A DNA stretch of 64,000 nucleotides from Octopus sinensis. Taxonomy: Eukaryota. Location of the stretch: the NCBI RefSeq assembly GCF_006345805.1, contig NC_043000.1, forward strand, positions 125,674,001-125,738,000, given 5' to 3'. The notes under the pieces are model-generated. The model did no database searches. It had not been told where the DNA came from and saw only the letters and a program-made list of their open reading frames with translations. A program made the position numbers and the translations under genes. Below, piece by piece: positions 1-14,814 of this stretch. Every line of letters starts with the position of its first letter. The first letter of the stretch is position 1.

Positions 1-360
1 GCTGAATATCATTTGCGATATTGTGAAGTAGAATATTTAAAATAGATTGTACTAAGTGTTTTTTATCTCCTGCATAATAATGTTTTATATGAAGTAACAG
101 CCCTCTTGAATTTGGATACATACATGAATAAAATAATAGCACAGGCCAACAAAGGAGCACCTATGTAGTCACTTGTCTGGTAGAAGTAGTAGTTGAATGT
201 TCCTCAAATCACACAGTATTATCTTAGAAATGGAAGGATATAATCCTGGATATGTGAAAAGAAAGTGCTAGACACAGCTGGAAAGCTTTCAATAATTGGC
301 CCTGTTAAGAGCCATTAATGATGTTGATTTAACATGGGCATCAAAGTAGATAGAAACAGC

Positions 361-650
361 TAAGGCAGCAAGTTGGAAGAAGCGTTAGTACACCAGCTGA
401 AATGCTTAGTGGTATTTTGTCTGCCGTTACATCCTGGGTTCAAATTCCGCCGAGGTCGACTTTGCCTTTCATCCTTTCGGGGTCGATAAATTAAGTACCA
501 GTTACGCACTGGGGTCGATGTAATCGACTTAATACCTATGTCTGTCCTTGTTTGTCCTCTCTGTGTTTAGCTCCTTGTGGGTAATTAAGAAATAGGTATT
601 TTGTCTGCCGTTATGTTCTGAGTTCAAATTCTGCCGGGGTCGATAAATTA
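361..650 (+). mobile_element. tRNA-derived SINE, family A, plus a partial tandem copy
   Basis: B-box ggttcaaattcc; central gccgaggtcgactttgcctttcatcctttcggggtcgataaattaagtacc; matches 35831. Confidence 0.8.
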
Positions 651-1508
651 ACAAATATTGTTAATATTGTTTTGGGTATCATGAAAAAGATAAGATTTAG
701 ATGCAACAAGAATAGCTTCCATTTTGTGGTTGGTTTTACATAACAGAGGGTATGAAACTTTTGCTAGATAGAACTCAAATATATCATAGCAGAAAATCCT
801 TTTTTCTCTTTTAGATAGTGTAGGATGTTGGATGAAAAGAGGAGTTTGGTGTAATAATGCCTGCTTTGATGGAACTGAAATTTGTGATTGGTAGACTTAT
901 TCCTCCCTCTTAAACTGATGTGTAAGCAACACTTGTACTGAACCATGAGACAGCTATTATGTAGCTACTTGACATGCTAGAAATACTAGCCAAATTTCCA
1001 AACAACATCAAAAAGAAAAGGAAGATTTCATTGCATACATTATGTCAGAGGAAAAGACCAAATAGTTATGACTGAAATGCTCTACATTATAGGTACTGGG
1101 GTTAACTTGGGGCCCAAACAGCAATAACTGTTGATGCAGATAATGACATTGTAAACTCTAATTGCCATAGATGCAGTCTGAGAAAAGATTTTATGAATTT
1201 TCTGTTAATATCACTTGAAAGATTTTGTAGAATGACATATGAGATTGGTGAATATTTGGATGCCTCACTAAACTTCACCTTCAGGATAATAGGTGCAAGC
1301 TCTCTTAGGAGACCAATTACCAAATAATATACATTGGTATGAGATTTAATCACTCATCCAATACTGTCTGAGGCACCATATGTAAATAAATATGTTGGTT
1401 ATGCTTCAATGAAACAATATTTGACCAGGCAGCAATCAGCTAAAATTATGAATTACCAGCCAAGACTAAAAGCAAGAACATCATTGCTTGGTTTAACCCC
1501 TCATTTAA

Positions 1509-2594
1509 CCCTTTCGTTACTATATTTCTGACCAAATTACACCCCTTATGTGTTTCAATTAATTTCTAACGTAATCATAAATTTAGTCTGGTTTCATTAA
1601 ACAACTATAACTTTTTTATTTATCAATATATCAATCTGATTTTTGGAAGATAATTTAATGAAATATTCTCAACCAATTCTATACTATAATTTTTGTTACA
1701 AAGTGACTCTAATTGCAGGTAGATACAGGTAAATTCCACAAAATATAAAATTATTAAAATTTTGTTCAAACATCGCTATAGAAAATGGGTTATTAGCTAA
1801 TATTCAATTGGGTATATAACAAAATTTTACGATAGAATTTGTTATTCTGGGTAACTTTCTGATACCCATAATAATATTTATGGCAAAATAGTCTTAATTT
1901 CATTTAAGGTTGAGGGAAACCACAAACTATCATTTCTTTTGCTTTGTTTACGTTTAGCGTAACGGTTCGTCTCCACTGTAATGATTTCAAATAGGCTCAT
2001 TCGAAAAAGTAAAAAGAAATAGTCTAAGGCTTTACTCTTCTGGGAAAGTCTGTGGCTTGGTCCAGTTTCTTCAGAGAAATCACCGAAAGAAACAGTTTTT
2101 AAATTTTCACTCCATTCAGGTGCCAATTCATTTTCTTTATCGCTATCGGAGATCTCAGATTCACTGTTTTCACTTTCGGAAAATGAAACATCAGATTCAT
2201 TATCAAATACCACATGCTTTTTTTTTTCAGTCATAGAGTTAGATTTATGAAGGTCTTCAGTAGAAAATCCTTCGAATTCTGACTTGCTGCTTGATATAAT
2301 GAAATTCGTATCCATTTTTTGTCAGAATTACAAATTTTGAAAATACAATAGGAACAAATTTTGGAAAAAAATCTCCCAAAATTCACGGAATTAAAATTAC
2401 ACTTCGATTATTGTACAAAACTGTAGTTGAACTGTTTACGAAGTATAATACGTGTTTTCACGAATGTACTGAAGAGATTTGCTCTGATATTCTCATTTAA
2501 ATATGAATAGGTAAATTCGGGCGGCTTTGGGCGGTTTGGTTTCATAAACCAAAATTTTGTTCGGGCGGCTTTGGGCGGTTTGGTAACGAAAGGG
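1509..2594 (-). mobile_element. Internally deleted piggyBac DNA transposon
   Basis: TTAA flanks at 1505-1508 and 2595-2598; TIR ccctttcgttac...gtaacgaaaggg; subterminal direct repeat ttcgggcggctttgggcggtttggt twice (~2516, ~2560); carries a transposase N-terminal ORF. Confidence 0.9.
1878..2315 (-). pseudogene. Truncated piggyBac transposase N-terminus
   Basis: Acidic Ser/Asp/Glu-rich N-terminus followed by YFFLLF...IITVETNRYA...W.PST.NEIK, typical of the start of the piggyBac DDE_Tnp_1_7 domain; stops before the catalytic core. Confidence 0.8.
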
Positions 2595-3574
2595 TTAATG
2601 TGATTGTCCACACTTGTATAAATAAAGCAATTCTTCAACCTAAGCAGTTATATATATCGAGGTGTCTTATGGGTTTAAAGTTATGTGAGGTTACGATACA
2701 CCTGAGTAATGAGAATGAATATAACAATCAAAGGGAACAATACATTTGTAACCAAGAAGAGTTAAGCTCCTTAGTCAACTTTTGTTTAAAGGAAAATGTC
2801 TCTCACATCAATATAAACTATGTTCCAGCTAAAAATGACAGTCAAATCTCCCATTCCTAACTGTTTCACATCCACTGAAGGTTACTAACATCTACACAGA
2901 TATCTACATGGTTTGAAAGCTGTAATTCCAAACTAGTAGGCTTTGGAAACTTATCTTCAGGATATTTTGTTGGTGTAGCAGTTTTTGAGTATTATGTAAG
3001 GAGAAAAATAATGTGTTAAAATAGAATGCATTTAACACTGATCTGTTTTGAAATTGGTGCATGTCCTGTCTGATATACAACTGATAATTTGGTAAGAAAT
3101 ATGTTGATGGTTGCTAAATACCTTTGTTAGTTATTTACTTGAATTTTTACCTTAAGAAGCAAAATACAAAAAAAAATGATAGCTGTAAACTTCACATATC
3201 TAGTTCACATAAAGAAGCACTCTTACTCTGGAATTTTAATATTATAAGAATAAATAAAAAATTTTAGCTATGGGAAATATTTTCCATTAGCTAGCTACCT
3301 AGAAAATTCAGAAAAGGAATGCTTCAATAGATGTTTTAATTATTAAAACTGAAAAGTTGGTTCATCTTATAAAAGTATTCTTCTTTTGACTTATTTGTTA
3401 ACATACTGTTCTTGTCATAAGGTATTTTAATGGAAGGCAATTTTAAGATGCTAAACTTTTTGAGAGAGGGCTAGTTTCCTTTTTCTTTCTTCAATTTGTT
3501 TTAACGTACATCTCTCTCTTTCCCATCCCATATATAGAAACTATACATACACACACACATATATTTCTGCACGC

Positions 3575-3756
3575 ATTTTTTTTCTCTCCTTGTTTCTCTC
3601 CGTGTTTCTTTTCTGTGTATCTTTCTGTTGTAGAGCGTAGGCTCGAAACGTAAAAGACTTGCTTTATTTATATTCCTGAGCGCCATACTAATACAATTGT
3701 TTGTTTGTACTCCACCTGCCTTCGTCTTTTGTTTATTTTCATAAAGCTTCCCGTTA
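3575..3756 (+). mobile_element. Copy of the same (TA)n-associated family
   Basis: tctttctgttgtagagcgtaggctcgaaacgtaaaagact ... cttcgtcttttgttt followed by (TA)n. Confidence 0.65.
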
Positions 3757-3946
3757 TATATATATATACACACATAAACACTTCATCATCATCTTCATTG
3801 AATGTGTGTTTTCTATACTAGCAAAGGTTGGACAGCTTGCTTGGAGCGAGTAAGGCCGGTGGCTGCACCAAATACCAACCTCTATTCTGATATAGTTTCT
3901 ATGGCATATGTCCTTCCTAATGCCAACCACTTTCTATATATATAAT

Positions 3947-3991
<45 letters not shown>

Positions 3992-4758
3992 ATATATCAA
4001 TTAAGAAAAAAAGAGAGAGAGATAAAAGCCAAGCTAGCCTCATGCTGCTCTGAATTTCACCTTTGAGTACACAGTTTCTCCAGGCAAGTTACCACACACG
4101 TATGCATGCGCGCACACTCACTCTTATAAATTATAAAAGTATAACCAGTTCATTTGACATAAATTTTAGCAACAGAATCTTATGTGGATCCTTAAGGGTC
4201 ATATGGGCTCCAGTGAAGAACCACTGGAATCCATACTTGCATTGAAAAATGGACATAAAAACAAACATATTGCTAATCAAAACTAGAAATCTTATTCAAA
4301 GGGTTCAGCTGAGAATCCAACCCAGCAAAAAACATTAGGTTATGTCTCAGTGATAACAGAATCATCAATACAAGGAGAGCTTGCTTCTTGTGCTATTTGA
4401 ACCAATATATTAATGTATAAAGCCGTGCTGCTATGCTGCACAGGAGAGAAATAGAAAGACAGAGAAAGTGAAAGAGAGAGAAGGTGGGAATATCCCTCTC
4501 TAGCAAAGTGTGCCAGTAAACTGTCAGATATAAGTGAAACAAAATAACATAGCAGCATTACATGTTGATTCACAGTAATGTTAACAGATGACAGCGCATA
4601 CTATGGTGCATTTCCTTTCGGTTAATCCTGGGAAGGTTGTCAAAGCTTGCATTAAAAGGGAAATATTTTTAGAACAACTGGGACAAAAGCCAAACAGCAA
4701 AAGCAAAGACTTGGTATTTTGTTTTTACTACTAGACAAAGAACATTTTAAAATGCCAC

Positions 4759-4795
<37 letters not shown>

Positions 4796-4844
4796 AAAAT
4801 GGTTTTTGTTTTATCTTACATCATAGTTTTGACCAAGCAGTGCA

Positions 4845-5513
4845 TCTCTCTTTCTCTCTTCTACTCACATTCTCTGTCACTCCATCCCCATATTAATATC
4901 TCTCTATTTATCTATCGCTCCCTCACACACACTATTCCTGCTGTCGTTGTCACATTCATCCCCTAAAATGCTTGTTCGTTCTTTACGTTTCATTCTAATT
5001 CTCCCATTCTTAAACTGGCGTGCATGCAGATGCACATACACTCACTCCTGCAGGCATGTGCATGCTGTTGCACATGAAAACTCTTTCACATCTTGTTCAC
5101 GCACTTTCACTATCTTCCTCTCTCTCTCATTTTCCTCCATGCTCTTTCACTCTCAATTATTCTCTCTCTCTCTCCCTTTCTATCATTTTGTGTGTGTGTG
5201 TATGTATATATATATAATTCTCTTTTTATTCTCTCTATTATTTTCTCTCTCTCTCTCTCTCTCTCTCCCATTCTTTCATTTTGTCCTTCTCTCATTTTCT
5301 CTCACTATCTTATACCATCTCTCTCTCTCTCTCTTCTCACAAGCTCCCTCCCCACCTTTCTCAGTCTCTTTCTCTCTCTCTCCCTCTCCCATTCTTTCAT
5401 TCTGTCCTCTCGTTTTCTCTCACTAACTTATTCCATCTCTCTCTCTCTTTCTCTCACTAACTTATTCCATCTCTCTCTCTTTCTCTCACTAACTTATTCC
5501 ATCTCTCTCTCTT

Positions 5514-5545
<32 letters not shown>

Positions 5546-5550
5546 CCTTC
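4845..5550. repeat. (CT)n low-complexity region with a ~34-bp unit repeated three times
   Basis: ctaacttattccatctctctctct at ~5423, ~5456 and ~5489. Confidence 0.85.
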
Positions 5551-6164
5551 ATCCCACCCACTCCACAGTAACCTATAATTTACCACTTAACTTAAATGTT
5601 GAATATTATTAGACATGATATATACTTCATTCTGAAATCAGATTTATGCGATATGGTTGTGGCATTGGCCTACAACATAAATCTCAAACGATTCTGTATA
5701 TTTCTTCTTTACCTGTCATTCTCATTTGTCTTCAGTTTTTGTGAAGAATGATATCAGAAATAGCATATTATACTTACATATATGTCACACCTGTCATGTC
5801 TTCCTGTAAAATTCTATCTACTTGTGTTTTACACACACTATACAATTCTTACAAACAATGCATGCAAAATGGTCTGGAGGTTAGAGTTATGAACTAACAA
5901 TCGCAAGATTCTGGTTTCAATTCCTGGACCGGCATATCTGTTGTATGGCTCACCATGCGTATCTGATGTATGGTACACCATGTGTGACTGTTCAGGCAAC
6001 TTTAATTTGATGGGAGGAGTGAACTAATGTACAGCACCCACATTTGATCAATCACTATAAACAAGTCATTTGTGCAGATCTCTCAACAAAACTTGAACAC
6101 TTATGCACTGTCTTCAACATGAGATTACATCACACACACATACACACACATATATTTTTTTTTT

Positions 6165-6357
6165 CTGCTACTCATTTCAGGCATTTGACTGCAGCCATGC
6201 TGGAGCACCGCCTTTTGTTGAGCAAATCAACCTCAGGACTTATTCTTTTTTAAGCCTAGTACTTATTCCATCAGTCTCTTTTGCCGAAGATCTAAATTAT
6301 GGGGACGTAAATGCACCAGCATCGGTTGTCAAGCATTGTTTGTGGGCGACAAACGCA

Positions 6358-6409
<52 letters not shown>

Positions 6410-6570
6410 AGCATGACAGGCTTCTTTCAGTTTCCATCTATGAAATCCACTCACAAGGCTTTGGTCTGCCCAAGGCTATAGTAGAAGACACTTGCCGAAG
6501 GTGCCACACAGTGGGGCTGAACCCAGAATCATGTGGTTGGTAGGCAAGCTACTTACCACACACTCACTCC
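6165..6570 (-). mobile_element. SINE family B (bipartite, internal microsatellite)
   Basis: Reverse complement of the gtgtggtaag...ggttcagtcccactg...ggcggtgctccagcatggc...gactgaaac consensus seen at 16936, 18105 and 23479. Confidence 0.8.
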
Positions 6571-6714
6571 CATATATATATGTATAAAACATGGAAATGA
6601 TTGACAGTGAGTTCGAAGTTTCAGCTTGCTTGCCATTTGTAACTATAAATGTGGTGCTCTTCAATTTAATGATCAACTATTTTTATATATAGCTTTACAT
6701 AAAAATAAACATTT

Positions 6715-6727
6715 ATATATACATACA

Positions 6728-6786
<59 letters not shown>

Positions 6787-6839
6787 TATATATATATAAT
6801 ATATATATATATTATATATATATATATAATATATATATT

Positions 6840-6925
<86 letters not shown>

Positions 6926-7112
6926 ATATAGATACATATATCTATATATATATATATATATAATATAATATATATATACATACATATATTATATATATTA
7001 TATATATATACATACATATATATATATATTATATATATATATATACATACATATATATATATATATATTATATATATACATATATATATATATTAATATA
7101 TATATATATTAC

Positions 7113-7143
<31 letters not shown>

Positions 7144-7145
7144 AT

Positions 7146-7186
<41 letters not shown>

Positions 7187-7208
7187 ATATATATACATAG
7201 ATACATAT

Positions 7209-7245
<37 letters not shown>

Positions 7246-7740
7246 GATATATATATATATATAGATATATATATATATAATACATATATATATATTATAT
7301 ATATATAGATATATATATATATATAGATACATATATATATATAATATATATATAGATATATATAGATACATATATATAATATATATATACATATATATAT
7401 ATAGTATATATATATATATTATTATATATATATATAATATTATATATATATATATATATACTATATATATATATATATCTATATATATATAATATATATA
7501 TATACTATATATATATATATATATATAGATAGATACATATATATATATAGATACATATATATATACACACACATATATATATATATATATATCATATATA
7601 TATATATAGATATACATACATATATATATATATATATAATATATACATACATATATATATATATACACACACATACATATATATAGATATATATACACAC
7701 ACACACATATACATGTGTGTATGTGTATATACACACACGT
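6715..7740. repeat. (TA)n-rich microsatellite array, ~1 kb
   Basis: Directly visible. Confidence 0.95.
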
Positions 7741-10625
7741 GTACGTGCAAACTTTTGCAGCTGGTACAAACATAATCACATACCTATGATAAAAATCAAC
7801 TGAGATCTATGCTTCATTTCATTTCCTAAGTGGCTTAGCTAAAGGAGAAAAATATTGTTTGTTCAATCAAGCTTAAGATGTAAATTTATTCAGAAATGAA
7901 AATAGGTATACTTTTTGTTGCGCAGCAGAAACTATAGAAGGCGAGCTTTCTCTTGTTCCATTATTTGAAGCGGGTTTTGAGGTGGATTTCTTATCCATGA
8001 TTTTGTTTGTTCTGCATTCTTAACCAAGCATCATCTTTTTAAAGCTTACACTTAGAAAATAAAATAGATTTTAAATGTGGTTTTCGAAGTGTTTTAATAA
8101 GTTTATAAATTTCGATATATTGAAAATTTTCTAATATGTGAACGAAAGGAGGAAAAGAAAAAAAGAAAAAAGAATGATATGCATGCAAGCAATATACTCG
8201 TAAATGCATTCATATAAAAATACAAATATACATGCGTTTATTTCTATTGTTGTTGTAGTTATTATTAAAGTATATATGATTTGTAACATTTGAATATATT
8301 GAAATTCAGTAGTTTTAAATTTTGTTTAGTTGCAGGAAAAGCAAAAGGATTTCTTCTTGTTTGAAGCCCCTTTGACATGTTGTTTGTGAAAAATATTAAG
8401 TTTAAAGAGTTTATGTGTGTGTTTAGGAGAGAGAGAGAGAGAAAGAGAGACAGAGTAAGAGAGAGAGATATGCATATAAGAGGATATATTTATAGATAGA
8501 TGTGTGGGTGTGTGTATTACATACACACATATGAATACAGATGTATGTATGTGTGTATATACATATATATATATATATATATACACATACACACATAGAT
8601 ATATATACACACACATATATATATACATAGAGAGAGAGAGAGAGATGTACACACAGATGTGTGCGTATGTATACATGTATGTATATATATACACACACAC
8701 GCATGCGTGTGTGTGTGTGTGTATATGTGTATATATGTATATATTTATATAAATATATATATATGCATACGCATATACAAAGTGGTGTGTGTGTGTTCGT
8801 ATACCCACACATATTTATATGAATAAAAGAGGCTGAGTAGGAGTGAAAGGGGGAGCTATGTATAATAATATAGATATGTGTTTGCATAGGAAATGTAGAG
8901 AAACCGAAAGAAGTGTGCTGTATGACAAAGGTGAGAATCATGATAAACATGAATTTAGGGAGAGAGAAAAAAATATCAAAAAAAAAACTGTGAAGATGTA
9001 TTTGGAACATGATAATATCTTGACATGAGGTTTATTCTCTTCAAGTAAACATGGTGGCACAACATAAAAGAAAGGGAAAATAACAGAAACGAATCAGCTT
9101 GCTTATCATGAACTCTTGGGAAATGTTCAATTACATTTCTTTGAATTAAAAACGAAAAATAAAATATCTTAAATGCTGACAGAGAAGTTTATTGAAGTTC
9201 AGATATCTTGTTTATCGTTTTAGCTTTTGATTAGGTTGTAGGGGTTTTGTGTGTGTGTGTGGTTTGTGCAAAGGGATTTTTTATTTCTTCATTTATGGAT
9301 ATTTTGTTTGGTTAGTTCAGACAGAGGCTCATTAAAGCTTGAAGCAGATGATGCAATTTTTTTTTTTTTGCTTTGTAAAGGAATTTGGTGAATATATTTC
9401 AGTAAAGCAACATATTTCTAACTATAAAAACTAAATTTCTTTTTTGATATAATAAACTTTCTGGTTTATAGATAATTATTGGCTGCTACACCCCAACTCC
9501 CAACTCTATCTCTATCTCTGTTGTGCTCCCTACCTCTCTCTCTCTCTCACACACTCTCTCTCTCTCACTCTCTCTGTCTCTTTCTGTGTCTTTGTCTCTC
9601 TCTCTCATATCTTTTTCATTTTCCAAGAGTACTTCTTAAAAAAAAAGTCAACTGTAGCACTCATTATTCTTTCACATTGTCCTTACCCAACAGTCATTGG
9701 TTGGAGAGAAAGTTTCCAGCTGGATAATATGCATAGATTCTCTCAGATATATATCTAGTTATAAATATATACGAGAAGTCTAGCTTCAAAGTAACTCAAG
9801 GCTGTTAGGGAAAGGAAAAAAAAAAGTAACTGCAGCCTTGCTTCTTGAATCAAAGATAAATTGATTTCTTACCCAAAGATAAATTGATTGATTTTTATTT
9901 TTCTCTTCTTTTTTTCTATCCTTTGACAGCCTTAGATAGGTTTGAACCTATGATCAAGATTCCACCGATATATTTTTGATATTTGCTTCTTATTTCAAAA
10001 GTAATATCTCAAGATGATACGTTTGTTTATTGATAGGAGGAATATTTGTTTATGAGAATAACTAATTTAGTGAACTCTCTCCTCTCTCTGAAAATATGTG
10101 AGATGCAGCTGCATGCATTCTGCTATTTCTAGCTTGTTTTGATACAAACGATAGATTATTTGCTATTCTATATTATCAGATAATGCATCTACTTGCATAG
10201 AGGTTGCATATTTTGTGCGAGTAACTTGAAGATAAAATATTTTATCTTACATCAAGATATTTGTAAATCTTGTTACATTTATGTCCAATTATAGATTTGG
10301 CTAACAATATCTTTACTGTGAGTAGTTGATATAAATGTATACAGTTTATACTTTATACCTTCAAGTCATAAAACTGGAAATTCGTCTGAAGTTCAATATT
10401 GAATAACAAATATATTCTCAGTCTGCAAGATAGAATAATGCATACAGGCTTTGTTTCAACAAAATTTCTGCTAAATTTGTTAATTAGCCTATAAATTAAG
10501 AGAAACTAGACCATAATTATGGGTATTAGTTCCCAAGTGGTTTTAAAATATTTTCTGGTAGAGCTAAAATAGATTGATTTTTTTCAGTTATTTCTGTTAT
10601 CAATATTTTTATTTTTGCATACACT

Positions 10626-10659
<34 letters not shown>

Positions 10660-10663
10660 CACA

Positions 10664-12475
10664 CTAGCAGAGATACCCGGCGTTGTCCGTGTTACATTCA
10701 ATTGAAGAATTAGACTTTTCTGTTATATTTTCTCTAATGAACTGGAATACCTATGTTTTAAATTTCATCAAAATTGCAGATGTGGGTTATTTCCCTCTTT
10801 ACACAACCTAAAAAAATTGTAATCCTGACGCATGTATCCCATACTACTGATCTTTATGCGCAGATTCCAAAATTCTGGTCTTATAGAACCTGTTAAATGG
10901 ATTTTACTCCTGAAAAATGAAGGTCATGGAGCTCTAAAATGTGGGAGTTTAGGCCCCTATTGGGGGTGGGTCTTAATGTCAACCAGAGAAGTTGAAGTGT
11001 TGAGAATATTTTTAACTTGGGTTTTATATCTATTATTCCAATTTCTTTGAAATAGGAAATATATGTTCACTGGGTTTGTAAAAGTGAACAAAGCTACAGG
11101 AAACCAAAAGATGAATGATCACAATAAGCAGTCAGCTACCCTACCCTAGTTGTTACCACTCCCCAATGTAGGATTCCTCACCATACAGGTGACAGGCACA
11201 GCTGTAAGATGCCTTACAGATCTATAGCAATTGGAAGGGCATGACCCAACTCAAATAAACATGAACAACTGTGTGACCTGAAGGCTATGGGGAAATGAAA
11301 GTGTCACCTCTGGAGTTTGCAAATGACCACTATACTGATAGGTAACTGGACAGAATAAATTTACAATCTATAGATGTCATTGAATAACCAGTCACTCATC
11401 TGGGAAGGACTTGAAATCAATCTTACCATCTGGGGACTATGTGTGACCCAGTGATAATAAAAAGACTCAAAAGAGGTCTGCAACCAAATAACTTTACTGA
11501 ACACTTTGCAACTGAATCAGTGGAGGCAAAGATGCCTCTCATTTACTTGACAATTTATGCACCACATTGCAAAAATCACAATCTAAGTATATCTCAAAGC
11601 AAACTCTTACATTGTTGTACCATTGAATTACAAATAATGCTCATCTTTTATGCTCAGATGACCCTATAGCTCCCACAAGTACAACTGTTTTCATCTTTGC
11701 TTAGATAAAATGACTAAATTGTGTGTGTTAAGTCCCCATGAAGGGGGTCTTTCTAACTTCTAAGAAGATGAAATTTTAGAAATATTACTTTGTGTCTAAT
11801 ATCTATGGTTAAAATTTCATCAACAGCAAAAATATATGAATTTTCATGGGGTTTATGGCTCTTATGCATAGAATATAATTTCCAAATTTCATAAAGATCC
11901 ATTGAGCACCTAGTTTTGGATCATAAAAAATGACTAAAATTTGGGAGTTAAGGCCCCCAGTAGGGAGTCTTAGAATCCTCATGAGAAGTGGAAACTTTGA
12001 GAATACTTCTTGATGTGTGTCAATTACCCATGGTTGAAATTTCATCAACATTGAAAATTTATGAATTTTCATTGGGGTTCTGCTCCCTTTAAGCCATCTC
12101 AAATTAAAACCAAACATATTGCATTATACCTGCCCTTATGCATTGAATCTAAGTTCCAAATATCATAAGGATCCATGCAGTAATTTTGGTCCATGAAATT
12201 GTATGAAACACACAGCATTACTCTTCTCCCTAGGCTTGGATTTTGTGAAAATGTCTGATATTACAATAGAGAGATATTATTCTTTCACTTTTGACTTGTA
12301 ATACTGAAATAGTGGAGGAGATATGATATTGCTCTGGGCTCACACTAGGCAAGAAGTTAATTCTTTTGGCCTATAACACTACATGGACCCTAAGTAAGGC
12401 ATGTGTAAAATTTGAATGAAATTGGTTGTGTAGTTCTGAAGTTTTAGGGATTCACACAAACAGACAGACACACAT

Positions 12476-12480
<5 letters not shown>
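10664..12480 (-). mobile_element. Non-autonomous Helitron-like element (~1.8 kb)
   Basis: Left end a|ctagcagagatacccggcgttgtccgtg matches the end of 24233; repeated aaatttcatcaa/aaatttcataaagatcc subrepeats; right end cacacaaacagacagacacaca next to (TA)n. Confidence 0.7.
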
Positions 12481-12527
<47 letters not shown>

Positions 12528-12814
12528 TATATATATATAATGTTTAAAAACTTGTGTTGTATTGAATAGCAACACCTTATATAACTGGCTGTACAGTTGT
12601 TCAATTTGTAAATAATGTCAAATATTGGTATTACTTCTAATCAATTCTTCAGTTATACAAGGCAGTTTCATCCAGTGTTTTCCTTAGATTAGACTTAGGC
12701 CCCAACACCCAATATATAATTGGTTATAATTTTTTTTTGTTTTAATGGAAATCTTTTAAGAATTACACACTTTTTAATGTTGTATTTGAGTTTTTATTAT
12801 ATATATATATATAA

Positions 12815-13438
12815 TGAGAATATACAACAAAACAAAAGATGAAGACGGATGTGTAAACAACAAACAGGTGTATTAGTTTTTAATACTCAGGAAGTGAGAA
12901 AGTCTTTTACATTTCGAGCCTTCGCTCTGTGACAGAAAGGAGCACAGCAATAGAGAAAAAAAAGCAGAAAGTACAAAAAAGTTTAGGAAAGTTCAAAAGG
13001 TTCAAACGTTGTGGTGTATTGGAGCGATTTCTTATCAATGGAAGAGTCCAGTGTAATCCATAGGTAGGAGAGGTGCAGCCGAAGTGTAGGAGTCCGAGTA
13101 TTGGAGAGTAGAAAGTCCAGGTAGAATAGTCCTAGAAAAGTTCGAATTGTTATGAGGTGGAGACAGGGTAAAATTGTTGTGACCACGTGAGCATGTAATA
13201 TATAGTGAGAATTTACAAAAAAAACAAAAGGCAGAGACAAGTATACTTGACAGCTAAACCTACAAGTTTTTTTCATTATCTCTCTGTTTATTTTCTCTTA
13301 TTCCTTTCTGTTGAAGAGCGTAGGCTCGAAACGTAAAAGACTATTTCATTTTCCCTAGTATAAAACTAATACACCTGCTTGTTCATACACCTGTCTTCAT
13401 CTTTTGTTTTTCTATAAATTTCAACTATATATAAATAT

Positions 13439-13507
<69 letters not shown>

Positions 13508-13680
13508 CATCATGATTGACTGCTAACTCCAAAAGTTTTTTTTATTCTCTCTGTTTATTTCCTCGTGTTCCTTTCTGTTGAAGAGCGTCGGCTCAAAACA
13601 TAAAAGACTTTCTTACCTTCCCAAGCATCAAACTAATACACCTGTCTTCATCTTTTGTTTTTCTGTAAATTTCAACTATG
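12815..13680. mobile_element. Cluster of a (TA)n-associated repeat family in both orientations (Penelope-like terminal repeat?)
   Basis: Minus copy 12815-12960, minus partial ~13203-13265, plus copies ~13275-13426 and ~13535-13678; shared core ctttctgttgaagagcgtaggctcgaaacgtaaaagact...acacctgtcttcatcttttgttt. Confidence 0.65.
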
Positions 13681-14814
13681 TGTGTTTGTGTGTGTGTCAC
13701 TGCTGGCATAACAACGAGGAGCTATTAGCTTAAGTTCTGTGGCAGCCTTCCTGTGAGAAACAAAGAAGTGGACCACCAAAAGCATTATATTAATCAGTTA
13801 CTAGGAGACACTGGACACACCAGCCAATAGCTTTAAAATGCCTTAAGTGAGATAGGAATGACATACTCATGTCAGACATTGCAAGATGTTCTTGATCCAC
13901 TGACACACATGCTCATGCACATGGACATATTATTGGAGTGGATTTCCAACACATACACACACATACATACATCCATACATACTCGTCTTATGTCTCTCTT
14001 AACATACCAAATCTCTTGAAGTGTAACTGAACAAGAACCTGCTCTTTTAGATACTTTTAATACCATACCATTTTGGAAATATAATCTATTTTATTTACAT
14101 GAGGCAAGAACTTGAACCTCTGTACAGTCATTTGATATGTTAGAAATAGAAGTCAAATCTACTTTGAGAGATTTGACTTCTATTAGTACATAAGTACAAG
14201 TGCAGTTATGTAATTACAAAGTTTTCATTTCAGTTACAGCATGTCAGATTTTATCCAACTGCACTTTACCTTAGGCAAGTGTCTTTTTCTACCATCTCTT
14301 GAAATTGACCAATAGATTGCAAGTGGAAATTGCTGGAAAGAAAATGTGAGGAATCATACTGCTTTTGTGTGTGTGTGCACATGTGCATGTGCATGCATCT
14401 TTTGCAAATGTGTTTTGGTGAAATCTCTAAATGCTGATGAAAATATTGAAAATCCTGTGCTTCGCAAATGAAGTATTTGGAAGTATTTGATTAGCCTTGA
14501 GCTAGGCACTCCCTTGTTAGCTTTCACTGTCAAAAAATGCAGTGATTAACTTGTTGGAAGCCTGTAACCAAGAACTCTGTTGGTCACAAATGGCAATATA
14601 AAATAACAGCCTACAATCTTAAAAATAGGACGGAGACAGACAGACTCTCTCACTGTCTCTCTTTCTCTCTTTCTCTCTCACACACACAAAAGAGAGAGTT
14701 CTGGGCAGTGTAATCTGAGATACATTGTATGTTAGAAAATGATATCAGGATAACCCCTGAAATAACTTTGATTACTAATGTGCTACATCAGGACTGGTCA
14801 GGGACAAAACTACT

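Noticed and set aside
7132-7779. Long Tyr/Ile-rich ORFs (also 8.3-9.0 kb, 43.6-46.5 kb, 49.4-50.1 kb, 51.2-51.9 kb) and Leu/Ser-rich ORFs at 4.9-5.6 kb
   Set aside because: Translations of (TA)n, (TG)n and (CT)n microsatellites, which lack stop codons by composition.
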